From the human T2T-CHM13v2.0 reference genome, Homo sapiens: DNA of 64,000 nucleotides. The stretch lies in NCBI RefSeq assembly GCF_009914755.1, contig NC_060942.1, one strand, 5' to 3'. The notes under the pieces are model-generated. The model saw only the letters and a list, made by a program, of their open reading frames with translations, made no database searches and was not told the origin of the DNA. Position 1 is the first letter of the stretch; each line of letters starts with the position of its first letter. The translations under genes and the position numbers were made by a program. Positions 1 through 13,100 of the stretch are shown here, in pieces.

Positions 1-526
1 AGAATAGTTTAATGGGAGAAGATACGTGAATTTAGTAGAAGCATCAACCCCACCCACAAGGCAGAGTGAGGCAAACTAATGGCCATACAGTTTTTTTTCC
101 AAAAAATGTGCATCTTTCCCCCTACCCTCAAATGTGACCCTTAATCTAATCTACCTTCTAAAGTGACCAACAATGAATCTGAGAGTGTGTGATGCAAGCC
201 TCAAGGTCTCTATGTTCTATGCTGTTCTACTTTTGAGGGGGCTTTCACAAATAAGTAGTGCCCACAAATCAGCAATTTTTCAGCTGCTTATTAAACATAG
301 TAGTGAGGCTGGAAACTATAGATGTGACTATATTCAACATTTCTATTTCTTCAGTGGAATAATTTTGCTGTATATTTAAAATTATGTTGTTCTTCTGTGA
401 CATGTATACCAACTATTAGATTTTGCTTCATAACCCCACAAGGCTCTCCCTGTACATTGTGGGGGTGGGTGGGCATTCTCTTTTGACCTTTGGAGTTGAT
501 AACAGCCATTACATGTGAAGGTTAGA

Positions 527-545
527 GCTCTCTCTCTCTCTCTCT
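527..545. repeat. (CT)n microsatellite
   Basis: run of ctctctct... read directly. Confidence 0.85.
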
Positions 546-769
546 TTTTCCTTCACTTTTGAGGAAAGTTAACCAAGTTTGATTTCATCATCTGAATAAT
601 GCCCTCAGTCAATGCCCTCCTTCCATCTGGGCTTTTGTAGCCTAAATGATGCTAACACCTTAGTCATTGTTTAGCTTAAACCTTATCCTCTCTCTCCCTG
701 GATAGATCACAGGCTTTTGCAATAAGAAAACAATCACTTGGGATCAATGAAGCATATTTGGTTGCATCA

Positions 770-1072
770 TTTTTTTTTTTTTTTTTTTTTTGAGACGGAG
801 TCTCGCTCTGTCATCCAGGCTGGAGTGCATGGCTCAATATTGGCTCACTGCAACCTCTGCCTCCTGAGTTCACACCATTCTCCTTCCTCAGCCTCTGGAG
901 TAGCTGGGACTACAGGCGCCCGCCACCACGCCTGGATTTTTTTTTTGTGTTTTTAGTAAAGACGGGGTTTCACTATGTTAGCCAGGATGGTCTCGATCTC
1001 CTGACCTCGTGATCTGCCTGCCTCGGCCTCCCAAAGTGCTGGGATTACAGACATGAGCCACCATGCTGGGCC
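770..1072 (-). mobile_element. Alu SINE, full length, AluY/Sc-like
   Basis: poly-T then gagacggagtctcgctctg...gggattacag; young-lineage diagnostics cacaccattctcc and ttagccaggatggtctcgatctcctgacctcgtgatc. Confidence 0.97.
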
Positions 1073-3364
1073 TATATTTTTTAATCTAGATTATCCTTTA
1101 CAAACTTGCAGAGTTCACTGAGTAGAACCTAAAGAGAGTGAATACACTTTCTCAAATGGGTTTTTGGTTTTTACTGAGGATATCTATTATTGAGACTTTC
1201 TTATTTCCCTTACGATCCAAGCTGAAAGTTGTTGGACACTTTTATCTGAATTTTTTAAGTCAGAGCAGCTCCTCCAGAACAAGTATGTTCAGTTCCAATT
1301 TTAGCCCCTCGGTGCTTAGAAGTATTGGGAAGGAACTAGGTACTGATGATGTTTACTTGAACTGAATATATACAGCTATAAATGCTATATATATATATAT
1401 ATTCATGCATCTAAACAAAGAATTATTGATGAGAGGGGCAAGATACAAGAGAGATCTAAGAACACAGATAGGGCCAACATTAGACTGGCTGGAATAGGTC
1501 TTTTGAAACCAAGGAAATGAGATAATTTCCTGTAATGTAAACAAAAAAGAGAAAATGTACAATAACATAATATCAACTTTGAGCTGGCCATAATAAATTG
1601 TCTTGATTGAACAGCCTAAGACTCTACTGGACCCATTAGTCTTTAGTCAGAGCCAATCTTTTGTTCTGGTCTAGAAAGATTAATACATGAAATGGCTTGT
1701 TACCTAAAATGTTCATTTCACACAGCAGATGAGGAGTTTTGTATGAGAGAAGGGAAGTTGAAAGGTAGAAACAAATGTGTTACACTCCTTTTTTTCTCCT
1801 TCTCAATATTGATTTCCCAGCCATTGACCTCTGTCCAATGCCATGTCACTGACCCAGAACATTGACTTGTCTACATGTCATTGCCATCCCTCGATTTAAC
1901 AATCTGATACATGGCTGAAAGGCTGAAGGAGCGCCATGGGGCTTTTTTGGTCTTCTTGATCCCCCTTTGTGGTACGTGGTTGCCTTTTGACAAAAGAATG
2001 TGTTAGGACTCTTATTAAAAATAAACCCAGATTTTTAGTTATATATAGTCTTGAGTTCTATAGAGACAAAAAATGAGAAGTCAGTGACTTTAGGATTGTG
2101 AATCTCTTTACTATGAGAGGAGCCAAGATATCAAAGCCAATCAAGATGAGGGCAAAAGTCTGAGTGGACGTGAACTTAAGAAAAGTGAAACTATAACACT
2201 CACACACACACACATTTAAGATATATGCAAGGTTAAAAGAATTAACAAACCAAATCTGCTCTATAATATTTTATTAGTAGTATAATGAAATAATGAAATG
2301 CTGGTACTGGTTTAGCTCTTTGGAGACACTAATCATATCATATAATTAATCTTTATTATTCATTATGAAATTTCAAATAACTCTTAGAAACAAGATTGTA
2401 GGAACAATTCTTGGCATGCTGCTAAGTGTTTAACACAGAAGTATCATGTCTCCGTGGACCAGCTATGGGAGTCTTGAACCTTCATTTGACATTCTTTTCC
2501 TGATTTGGGATGTAACTTTGTGAAGTTTGTGCAGGGAAGTCTTGTCTCACAATTTTAAATGGAAGTATAGTGGCCAGAAATATAGTATCACAGCCTTTCC
2601 AGGATAATATTATACAAAGCAGTGTGAAGCATCCAGTGGCTTAAACCAGCCAGTATAGTTGTGAGGCAGTAGAAGAGACATCCTGTGGGTTAAGTGTTTC
2701 TGGGAATACTGGGAGTACCAGGTCAGATCCTGACCCCAGGCTAGAAAAAGTTTTATGCTATCAGGATAGCTGTTGGGGTGCTAAGTCACAGAGACAAATG
2801 GTAAAGACTGGTAGTCTGTAGAATTTTAGAGAGAAGTCAAGGTTTCCTAGCCCTTTAGAAGTAATCAGTGAGAAAACAACACTACATGCTAGCCCGAAAG
2901 ACCTAGATCCTGGAACCCACTAGGCTTTAATTTATGATTTGGGGAAAGTTCTCTTTCTTGTGCTTCCTTTCCTTTATCTGTAGGACGATGGCTTGAACTA
3001 AATCTATTAACTGTCATAGGGTGCTGTTTATAAAATAACTCTGGATTGTAAGCCTTATCCTAGATTTATCTTTTGCTTAAAAAGAACATTGAGGTCCTCA
3101 ATTGGAGGAACACTCTGTACAATGGCATGTCATACATACTCCAATTAAGAGGTGCAGAAAATAGCACTTTGGTTTCAAATATGAAGACATGAAGTAATCC
3201 TGACTCATGAAGAATGTTCAACTACCCAGTAAGTAGGCAAATTCTTCAGAATTTAATTGGAGGAGGAGGGAGGGGTTAGTTAATTTGTCTCTGAAGATTT
3301 CTGTTGTGTAGCCAAGAATAGAAAGAATAGACTTGAATTTCTCAAAAATAATAGTATATTTCTA

Positions 3365-3400
<36 letters not shown>
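3365..3400. repeat. (TG)n microsatellite
   Basis: tgtgtgtg... run with a short interruption. Confidence 0.95.
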
Positions 3401-4579
3401 CATGCACATGCACAAGTTTTCACTTGCAACCTTCTTGCAATAGAAGAAAGTATGCTCAAAACAAATAAAAATATCTTTAGTTTCTTAACATTCCGGGACA
3501 AACTCCCTATCTCATCTTTTACACCATTTATTTGTTTATTTGGGGATTTTCTCTGCAATCATTTAGTGAATATCTACTGGGGCTAAAGTTCCAGGCACTT
3601 TACATACGTCATCTCTATTAATTATATATCTTGTCTCCTTCAGCACTTAGCACATGCTTTGAATAGATAGATGCTCAGTTAATATTTATTAGAATACATG
3701 AAGTAGTAGCAAAACAACATTCAAAGACGCAAATGTGTAAAAGTTGAGGAAGGGAAGGGGATAAGATGTAATGTGGTTAACACGAAGTCAATGCAAAGCC
3801 ATCAAAACCGTGCCTGGAGTGCTCAGGTGGTCAGGTCAGACCTTCCAGCAGCGGCTACATCTGATGCCTATCACCCGTTGTTTCTATACAGGTATCATTA
3901 ATAGAGGATAATCTCTTTCTTCAGGCATAAAACCCTTTTGAGAAAAGCGCTGACTGTTCCTATTGCAATGCTCTTTGAGTGAGCAATTTCACTTAGAAAA
4001 ATTGTATAAACAAGTGCTTAACTTCAGCTTTTTTTCTTCTCTAATTGATCTAAATGTGAAGTTAAATTAGCTGCTGATGAATAGTTCCTATGCTGTTAAG
4101 ATTATGATTTTTCCAGAAGAGAGGAACCAGCCTACATTACTATCCTGAGCACTTCTCATTCAAAACTTTAATGGATCACTTAGAAGCATGGCCAGTTGGT
4201 CTTTTTCTAATGGTGACAAGTAAAGTGCACATCAGCTTGTTATCAGAGGAGTTTATTTACAAGGATTCTACAGGTTAATATTCCCTTAAGTAATTTTGCT
4301 CATGAATCTCCAAGAATGGCCATGTGCTGTCACATTGCTACATTTTTCATTGTTAGTAAGCCCCTGAAAAAGCCAGAACAACCATGGTGATTTCACTGCT
4401 AGCATTTAGATATTGTTGTCTTTTGTCTTAAACTATGAGAATCTGACTTACGTATTTATCTTGTCTTAAATAATAGTGAAAACAGAGTCTTTGCCACCCA
4501 TTGCAACAATTATGCATTTTTTTTTATAGGAACTGCAAAAATCAAACAAAACAACAGAAAAAAAAAACTATTAAGCCAC

Positions 4580-4880
4580 TTTTTTTTTTTTTTTTCTTGA
4601 GACAGAGTTTCACCCTGTTGCCCAGGATAAAGGGTAAAGTGCAGTGACACAATCTTGGCTCACCACAGATTCTGCCTCCCGGGTTCAAGCAATTCTCATA
4701 CCTCAGCCACCTGAGTTGCTGGGATTACATGCATGCACCGCCACTAATTTTTGTATTTTTAGTAGAGGTGGGGTTTTGACATGTTGGCCAGGCTGGTCTC
4801 ACACTTCTGACCTCAAGTGATCCCCCTGCCTCGGCCTCCCAAAGTGCTAGGATTATAGGTATGAGCCTCTGCGCCTGGCC
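4580..4880 (-). mobile_element. AluS (Sx/Sz-like), full length
   Basis: poly-T, both monomers, ends gcgcctggcc; flanks aagccacttt / aagccatttc form a TSD-like pair. Confidence 0.96.
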
Positions 4881-5430
4881 AAGCCATTTCTTTTTTTTCT
4901 TTTTTCCCTTGGTTTTCTAGGATTCCCCAAGACCTGATTTCAAGAATTCTGGAATCTGTATTTTCATGTAGACTATCTGTGAAGCAATAATAATTGTTTT
5001 AAAAGGAATAGATTAACTAGGGACTCCAGGTGAATTTAGGAGGATAGATCTAAGCTACTCATGCTTATTTAGGAAAGTGAATGTCTTTACTTATTTTCAT
5101 AATTATCCCAATGGAAATAATTAACTGAATTTGGTTAGAAACTGAGAACACTACAAAGCAGGCATCTAACTAATAGAGATGATCTCTAAAGAAAAAAAAA
5201 AAACTAGAATTTCACATTGAGAAGATTTGGGAAAATGACATAATGTCATAACTTAAGCATCCTTACATTGTAATCCAACGAGCCTTTGTTTAGCACCTTC
5301 TCTACATGCAGGAACTACAAGGAACATAAGATAAATATATACAGTGGACTTTACACTTCAGGGAGTATAATCTTGTTTGTGAGGCAAGATACACAGCCAT
5401 GAAAAACAGAATTATTTAAAATATATATAC

Positions 5431-5728
5431 TTTTTTTGAGAGAGAGAGAGAAAATCTCACACTGTTGCACAAGCTGGAGTGCATTTGTAGAGTCATGGCT
5501 CACTGCAACCTCTACTTCCCGGGTTCAAGTGATCCCCTCACCTCAGCCTCCCAGGAAGCTGAGACTACAGGTGCACACCACCATGCCCAGCTAGCTTTTT
5601 GTACTTTTTGTAGATATGGGGTTTTGTCATGTAGCCCAGACTGTTCTGGAACTCCTGGGATAAAGCAGTCCTCCCACCTCAGCCTCCCAAGGTGATAGGA
5701 TTACAGGTGTGAGCCACTGAGCCTGGCT
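5431..5728 (-). mobile_element. AluJ, full length
   Basis: diverged dimeric Alu with J-type gtcatggctcactgca and cagtcctcccacctcagcc; aaatatatatact on both flanks (TSD). Confidence 0.94.
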
Positions 5729-6182
5729 TAAATATATATACTATTTTAATATTATCATGTTACAGTATGATTATTCTCTTAGCAATAGACTCTTTCCCTC
5801 TTCAGAGAGAAAAATAATGAATTTTGGTTTCTATAGCGAGTTTTGTGTACGTGCCCTTGTTGTAGGAAAGGTAAAGTATAGGTACAAACCAGTTTATTTG
5901 GGGACAGAAAAATGAATGAAATTGCTTAAAGCATCTTGTGCCTCATTATTAAAGCCATCAAATATTGCGTAGCAAACCTCTCTCAGGTGCCACGGGAAAT
6001 GTGATGTTTCATTTAAATGTTTCTTATTCACAGACTCATTTAGCTTTATTTTCCCTCTGTCTCAATTTTTCCTAGGTTTATTTGAGATGCAGTGCTACAA
6101 ATGATGACCTTGCTACAAAAGCATAATGTTTTTTTTTTCAAAAACAGATTGGATACATGCCCATTGCTTAGTGAGAAATCAA

Positions 6183-6290
6183 AGTGTAGTAGAGAGAGTT
6201 GAGGCTTTGGCATCTAAAAGATCTGATTTTAAATCCAGGCTCTTCTGCTTATTAGCTTGTGATCTTAGTATGGTTACTTAGCCTTGGGAC
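6183..6290 (+). mobile_element. MIR SINE fragment
   Basis: aaatccaggctcttctgcttattagcttgtgatctt...gttacttagcct resembles the MIR 5' half. Confidence 0.65.
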
Positions 6291-6749
6291 TTTTGCCCAG
6301 TAAAATTATTTCCCTTGTAGAAAACACTTTTGACCACGTATTTAATTTGTTCTGTTGTTCAACACTCTCCTCTCCACTGCCATGCTTGTTATGACTGTTT
6401 TCAGCTATAATTAATATTAGCAGTAATGGCCCTTTAATTCACTTTCCTAGCTGCAAAGAGTTTATTTAATATTTGTGCATCACTTAATGGCAGAAAGTCT
6501 TTCTAGTAATTTTTGTTATTTTTCTTCCACTGCTTGCAGTGTAGGGAATGAGCACTTAACCAAAAGTTGAGAGTTATTTAGCTTCGGCTTAGTTATCAGG
6601 TTCCTGGATAATTTAGGGACAGATTGAACAGTCTGAAGCAGCTTAGAAATCTGGTACTTTGCCTTGAAGTTCCACCAGAAGTTAGGAATCTCTGTCTCTT
6701 ACCCTTGACTTGAAACCTTCTTGAGGTCCTCACATTTATATAATGTCCC

Positions 6750-7148
6750 TGTCTTAATCTGTTTGTGCTGCTATAACAGTATACATGAGACTGGGTAATT
6801 TATAAGAATAGAAATTGATTTCTCATAGTTCTGGAGGCTGGGAAGTTCAAGAGCAAGGTACTGGTAGGTTTGGTGACTGGTGAGGGCCTATTCTCTTTGA
6901 TTCCAAGAGGGTACCTTTTGCCACATCCTCTGGAGGGGAGGAATATCGTTTCCACACATGGAAGAAGATGAAAAGGCAAAATGGACCTAAGCTAGTTTCC
7001 TCCAGCCCTTTTATAAGTCACTAATCCATTCATGATGGAGGATCCCTCATGACCTAGTCACTTCCCCAAAAGCCTATCTCTTACTGTCACCACAATAAAG
7101 ATTAAGTTTCAACATATATTTTAGAGGAGCGACATTCAAACTATACCA
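6750..7148 (-). mobile_element. MaLR solo LTR (MSTC/MSTD/MLT1A-like)
   Basis: TG...CA termini, tttctcatagttctggaggctgggaag core, exact 5-bp TSD gtccc at 6745-6749 and 7149-7153. Confidence 0.93.
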
Positions 7149-7449
7149 GTCCCCTAGAATAAAGTTTCTGCTCTGAGATAAATGAGGTATTGTCCAAAAC
7201 CATCTTGCAAATTAGCAAGATAATATATAATTAAATTTCCTGTTTGGTGATTCTTAGTATACCATCTTACCAGTTGAACCAAGTGTCTCTTTAGATTGAG
7301 CTTGTGGTACCCAAGCACCTACGCAATTAGCAGGAAAAAATTGCCAGATGGAACCCCCTCACAAGACAAATCTCTCCATTCCCCACATCTCTAAACTCCA
7401 TTCCCCACTTTCGAAACATCAATGGTCATTTCAGATGGGCACTTTGATT

Positions 7450-7640
7450 CAGTAGAAGAACACTGGATTTCGAGATTTAACCATGAGTTTTACATTTGTC
7501 TCTGAATATCTTAGGTGATTTTATAAACTTTGTAGACTGTCCTTGGGCCTCAGTTTCCATCATTATAAAATGAGGATGTTGAGTCATGCAAAACAGAAAC
7601 AACTGGTAAGATCCATTCCAGATCTAAAATTGTATGAATC
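7450..7640 (+). mobile_element. MIR (MIR3/MIRc-like)
   Basis: gggcctcagtttccatcattataaaatgagg core and ttccagatctaaaattgtatga 3' end. Confidence 0.7.
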
Positions 7641-8974
7641 AATTACGTACATAGCTTCTTGCACCCAATGTATTAAATGGTTCTGTCTGTTCTTTCTCAC
7701 CTGGCCATATGGGGCTGGCCATTGTAGCATGGGGACTCTGCAGCAGAAGAGAAATGAAAGATTCTTCTTTAGTCTCTTTCAGCTAGGAGCAAATAATCTC
7801 TGTGCTTACCTAGACTTAAAGGAGCTGTTCTAAAGCTATATACCTGCCATTAGGGAACATACTCAGATCAATTATTTAAAAAGAAAATTAACAAAGAACA
7901 ACTTGGCATTGTAACCTTTCTTAGCAGCTTGAATACAAGGTATTAATTAGACAAGGAAAAAGGGGGGCACTAATTATTTCTTAAGTGGAATAATTAGTGT
8001 TGCTGAATTTATAAATTAAAGGGCCTCATTAAGAAAAAAAATCAAATCAAGTTTGAACTATAGTGATATCACTGTGAAATTATAAACTGATTTTTGAAGA
8101 CTGCACTTTGATCCTATAGTAGATGAAAATTTCTGTTTCAGACCATCTGGATTTACTTAAGGGGGAGGTGATGCATGTAGTTGGTGCAGCATTTTAGAAA
8201 GAAAGGACAATTTTTTAGCATCTAAGGGTGGAATCTTGTTATGCTGAAAGAAAACCTTATCAAATAATACACTATTTCTAAGAATAGAGTATTTGGCCAG
8301 CAGGCTGATACATATTTCATTGGGCACAAGGTATGAATTCAACATCAAAGTAGTTCCAGTTGCAAAACAGGAGCAGGAGCAACATTGAGGAACCTGACCC
8401 AGCTAGAGTTGGGCCTTCTATGCCTATGTTATGTACTCAATATAACTATACCCTAGTCCTGCCCTTGACTCGATTACAGGGCTGACTTCACTTCCTGTGT
8501 CCCACCACTGAGGGGGCTCCAGACCTGGTTTGAGGTGCCAGTGTCTCAACAAACGGGATCAATATTTGCAGATCCTCAACTCTATAGGTTTTGGCTTCAA
8601 GGTCTGCTTTCACTGGGGCGGCTGTTTCTTGTTCCTCTTCTCTTTTCTGCCCTAGCGAGCTCATTCTTAGGAGCTGCTGCTAATTATTGATCCTACTCTC
8701 ATGGTATAAGACATCTTTAGCATATTCCACCCCAAATGCTAAAACATGACAGAATTATATCTTGGAAATTTATAACAAGAATTTGGAGTTAAAGTTCAGA
8801 AATAAAATCATATTTGGAAGTCTTGGAAAAAAGCTGTCTCCTTGGTCCATGCTTTGGAGAAACAAATAATGCTGCCTCTTAGTTCCTTAAGGAGTCACAT
8901 ATCTTTGGATGAGGATCTAAGACTGACTCCCTAATAGCCAAGTCAAAGAAGCTGCATGCTGCACACATGTACAT

Positions 8975-9740
8975 TTTCATCTAACATACATTGAATGGTG
9001 TTCTGTGCTAAGTGGACTTTCATATGTCTTAATATTCAGAGATGTAAAAATGAATAGGAAATATCTCTTGCTGTCATAGACCACGCAGTCATTAGAGGAA
9101 ACAGACAAATAAAATCACAATAATTTACGTGCTATAATAAAATTATTTAGAAAACACCAAGAAACTCAGAACAGAGCAGTGCCTTTCAAACTTCTTTTGA
9201 CATATAATTGAAACAAAAGTTTTATAAAGCTATATTAACCACAACTACATGCAGTGACTAATACTTTTGTTATATTCTATTCTGTTCCTTTATTTTAAAA
9301 TAAAATAAATGCCTTAATGAAGAAAATACCATAATCATATTTCCATTTTATAGAGAACATTTTGGTAAAACTTATAGGACAGGTTTTACTGAGATAAGAC
9401 TGGAGTCAGAGAGACTATTTGTGGACTATTGCAAGTATTTGGGCTAGAAAGTTTTGGAAGTGAACCCAATACTCTGGTGTTGTAATGACGACATATTGGA
9501 GAGATATTTTGGAGACAGCCAACAATGACCAATTTGACCTGAGAGATTACAGAAATTAAGAAATTGAGGATGATATCAGGGTTCTGCCTTGGGTCTGTGG
9601 GTAGATTGATGGTGACTTTAATGGAGATGGGGAACACAGGAGACAGAGTAAATTGAATGGGAATCAGATAGCTTGATTCCATTGTTACATAACTCGTACC
9701 TGTAATACTCAGGTGCCTGTGTAGGAGGCAATCCAGAGGT
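8975..9740 (-). mobile_element. L2 LINE 3' relic interrupted by a hAT-Charlie fragment (~9177-9313)
   Basis: L2-like aaaatgaatagga...ctcttgctgtcat and gagactatt...tgcaagta...ggagagatattttggag; insert starts cagtgcctttcaaactt (Charlie-type TIR). Confidence 0.6.
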
Positions 9741-9849
9741 GCCTATCAGTCACTTTTACTTCTAAGACTGTATTCTTCACTCTTATATTGTATGTCATTC
9801 ATTATTTCATCAAAATAATATTACCATGTTTTAAAAATTATGCACAAAT

Positions 9850-10740
9850 AAAATTTAGATTATTCCCTAGTATTGTATGATATAGGCATATTAAAATTTA
9901 TTTAATCATTTCTCTAGTTTTGCACATTCATTTCTAATTCTTCACCATTACACACGATGCTAGGATGAATGTCTTTGTGCTAGATCCTTCTTACACCTGA
10001 TACATCCCTTAAGACAGATTCTCAAAGACAAAATTCTTGAGTTAAGAGCATGAACGTACTAAAGGCTCAAGATAGATATCAGCAATAGTTTTCCAGAAAT
10101 GCAGTACCAATGTTTACCTCTTACTCTAAATTTATAGGATTGTCCATCTTACCATATTCCATGCAAGAGAGGCGGTATTACAAGAAACAGACTGGTGAGA
10201 AATGTTATCATTTTTAAAATTGCATCTTTTATTATCAGAGGGATTAGTGTTTTATATTAATTATATTTTTATGTGATGGTTAGACAACTGTACTTCTGTG
10301 AATTATCTATTACATGATTTTCCAGTCTTCTTCCATTTGTATCTTATTATTTATCTCATTGAATGTTATATGGTATAGCTTATTTTATATTATGTAGCAT
10401 TTGTTTATATACATTAAGTGTATTATTTTTGTTATATTAGTGTCAAATAAACTTTCATCTTTTATGGCTAGTCTCTTCTTTTTATTTATGTCATTTTGAA
10501 ATTTTGGAGTTTTAATTTTTTTATGATTTCATTCATGAATTATTCAGATGTTGTTTTTCTAAAACACCTTCCTTCATTTTCCTGGTTTCTCTGTGTTTCA
10601 TATGATTATTGTAATTTTTCCTCTTTCTCTCTTCAATTTGGAGTTTCTGTTGGTGTATGATATAACAACATTTCAAAACCTCATCCTCCAAATCAGTCAA
10701 CGGGCTTCTATACATTTACCACAGAAATTTTCATTCCACT
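9850..10740 (-). mobile_element. old mammalian L1 (L1M, L1ME-like) ORF2-end/3' relic
   Basis: degenerate antisense L1 motifs: tttctaattcttcaccattaca...gatgctaggatgaatgtcttt, ttttccagaaatgcagtaccaat, ttttaaaattgcatcttt. Confidence 0.65.
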
Positions 10741-12111
10741 GAATTTTTCTCTTGGTTTTTCTTTAGCTGGAACAGCACCAACTCATTCTTGTATATGTAT
10801 GTAAGCAAACTCATCTGTCACTTAGCACTTCCTTTAAGAATTGCTTTTCTGATCACTTAAAATTCCCCTATCACAATCACTTATTTTCTTACTTAAAATT
10901 TTGTTTACATTATTTTTAATATATTAAAATAGCATTTTAATTCTGTTTATTTCCTATTTGTCTTCTCAATTATCTAATTGAGAATAATAAATTTCTTATG
11001 ACTAGAAACTGTATAGTCAACTTGTTTTTGAACTTCTCAATAGCAGCCCAACACTGGGCACTCAAGGGAACATAAGATTCACTGAACTGAGGCTGAATGA
11101 TTAATGTCACATAACCCCTATAATCATTAGAGACCTCTGTGCACTAAGGAGTGACACTTCCTACCGAGCTTCCTTCAGAGGTTAGGGTGCAATCCTGGCA
11201 TGCCTTTGCTAAAGCTCTTTGTGTGAATCATTTTGTTCCCTTTATCCCAGCAATAATTTAAATCTGCAGCAACACCTGAAACACATTCATGAATGAGTGA
11301 TGTCAAACACGATGACATTGTCTCATCTGTAACCACATTCCTGTGGAGACCATTCTCTGCAGTGTGGAGGAAGAGTCCACAGTTCTCCAAGGGTAGTTCA
11401 AGATCACAAAAAAATTCCACAACAGAAATGAAGGTAACAAAAGCTTTTGCTGTTGTCCCTGGGGTGGCGTGGCGGGGTGAAGACCCTGTGTAGCAGGAGA
11501 GTTGACTGTTCAAAAAATACTCATCAGCTCTTGTTTTTAAAGTTACCAAGTCGTCTTTTTTATGCCCGCATTTGTATGCCTGATTCAGAAATGGACTTTG
11601 TTTCATTTGGACAATTAGCAGAATTGCATGACAATTATAAACAGAACTAAAAGTACATATTTGCATAGTCTATTCTGAAAATTAAACTACTTCACTGCAT
11701 TCATATTTGATGAAGAGACCTTTCACAATCCCCAAGGAAAAGAGTCCATTTTTTGGGTAACATACACAAGCAATAATAATGAAAAGAGAGATATAAGCCA
11801 GTGTTTATAAAAACATGAAGAACTAATCTTAATTAATGGGTTCTTCAAATAATTAGTTCGTGGAATAGCTCTCTATATAATAATGAAACACATAACCAAA
11901 ACTCAGACTTCTTGAGAACCAGAAATTTTTATAGAAGCTCAGATGCCTTCTAGGGTGATAAAAAGTGCATAGAGCAAAGGAAAATTAAATGTGAATGGTT
12001 CACAACCATTGCTTAAAATTCCCTGAAAAAGCAAATGTAGAAGATAAACGGGAATGCACTTGTCTGGGTGCTCTATTTTCTTGTCCCAATAAAGTGGAAT
12101 GTGTGGTATGA

Positions 12112-12385
<274 letters not shown>

Positions 12386-12509
12386 TGAAATTACACACTT
12401 TTAGAGCAGCTAGTTTATTCCCAGCTTCCAAAGAAGATCCCATTCCAGGGGAACAGTTCCACAGTTTAAAAACACTCAGAGGATGAAGTGATTCTATATA
12501 ACCAATTGA

Positions 12510-12544
12510 TAGTGGTAGTAGTGTTAGTAGTAGTAGTAGTAGTA
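12510..12544. repeat. (TAG)n imperfect microsatellite
   Basis: tagtggtagtagtgttagtagtagtagtagtagta. Confidence 0.8.
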
Positions 12545-12994
12545 ATTAGTGATATTTTTCAGGGAGGAATGTAAATTCCTTGAACTTGGAAAGTCGAATC
12601 TAAAGTTTAACCTAGCTAGACCAAATGAATTAATTATCTTTTTCTCTTAAGTAATTCCAGTCATCTGTAAGGTTTTTTAAAAAATATTTAATTATTGTTG
12701 TGTAGTGCTTGGTATAGTTGACAATTGTTTTCCTCTTTTAAAATTACCTCTTCACATATTGGTGCTGCGAGCTATAATAGCCATCTAATTAGTAGAAAAT
12801 AATATTTGTTTGGTGTATACTATGTCCCAGGGATCATGCTGAGCATGATATATAGATAGCACAGATGTGTATGCATATATATGTGTATACTTACGCAGAT
12901 ATAGGTAGATTCTTATTCAATCCTCACCAGAAACCTTTAGGTTGTTTCTAGACATCTAGCATAAGGTCAGAACTCAATATTAGCCAACATTAAT

Positions 12995-13100
12995 GTTATT
13001 TTCCCATTTCACAGGTGAGAAAACAGAGGCTCTGGGAGCCTAAGTAACTTTTCCAGGGGGCAAAACAGCATCCAAATCCAAATCTTTCTGAACCGCTATT
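12995..13100 (-). mobile_element. MIR fragment
   Basis: ttcccatttcacaggtgagaaaacagaggctc...taagtaactt core. Confidence 0.75.

Noticed and set aside
8502-8520. CTCF-like ccactgagggggct
   Set aside because: An extra base breaks the core spacing.
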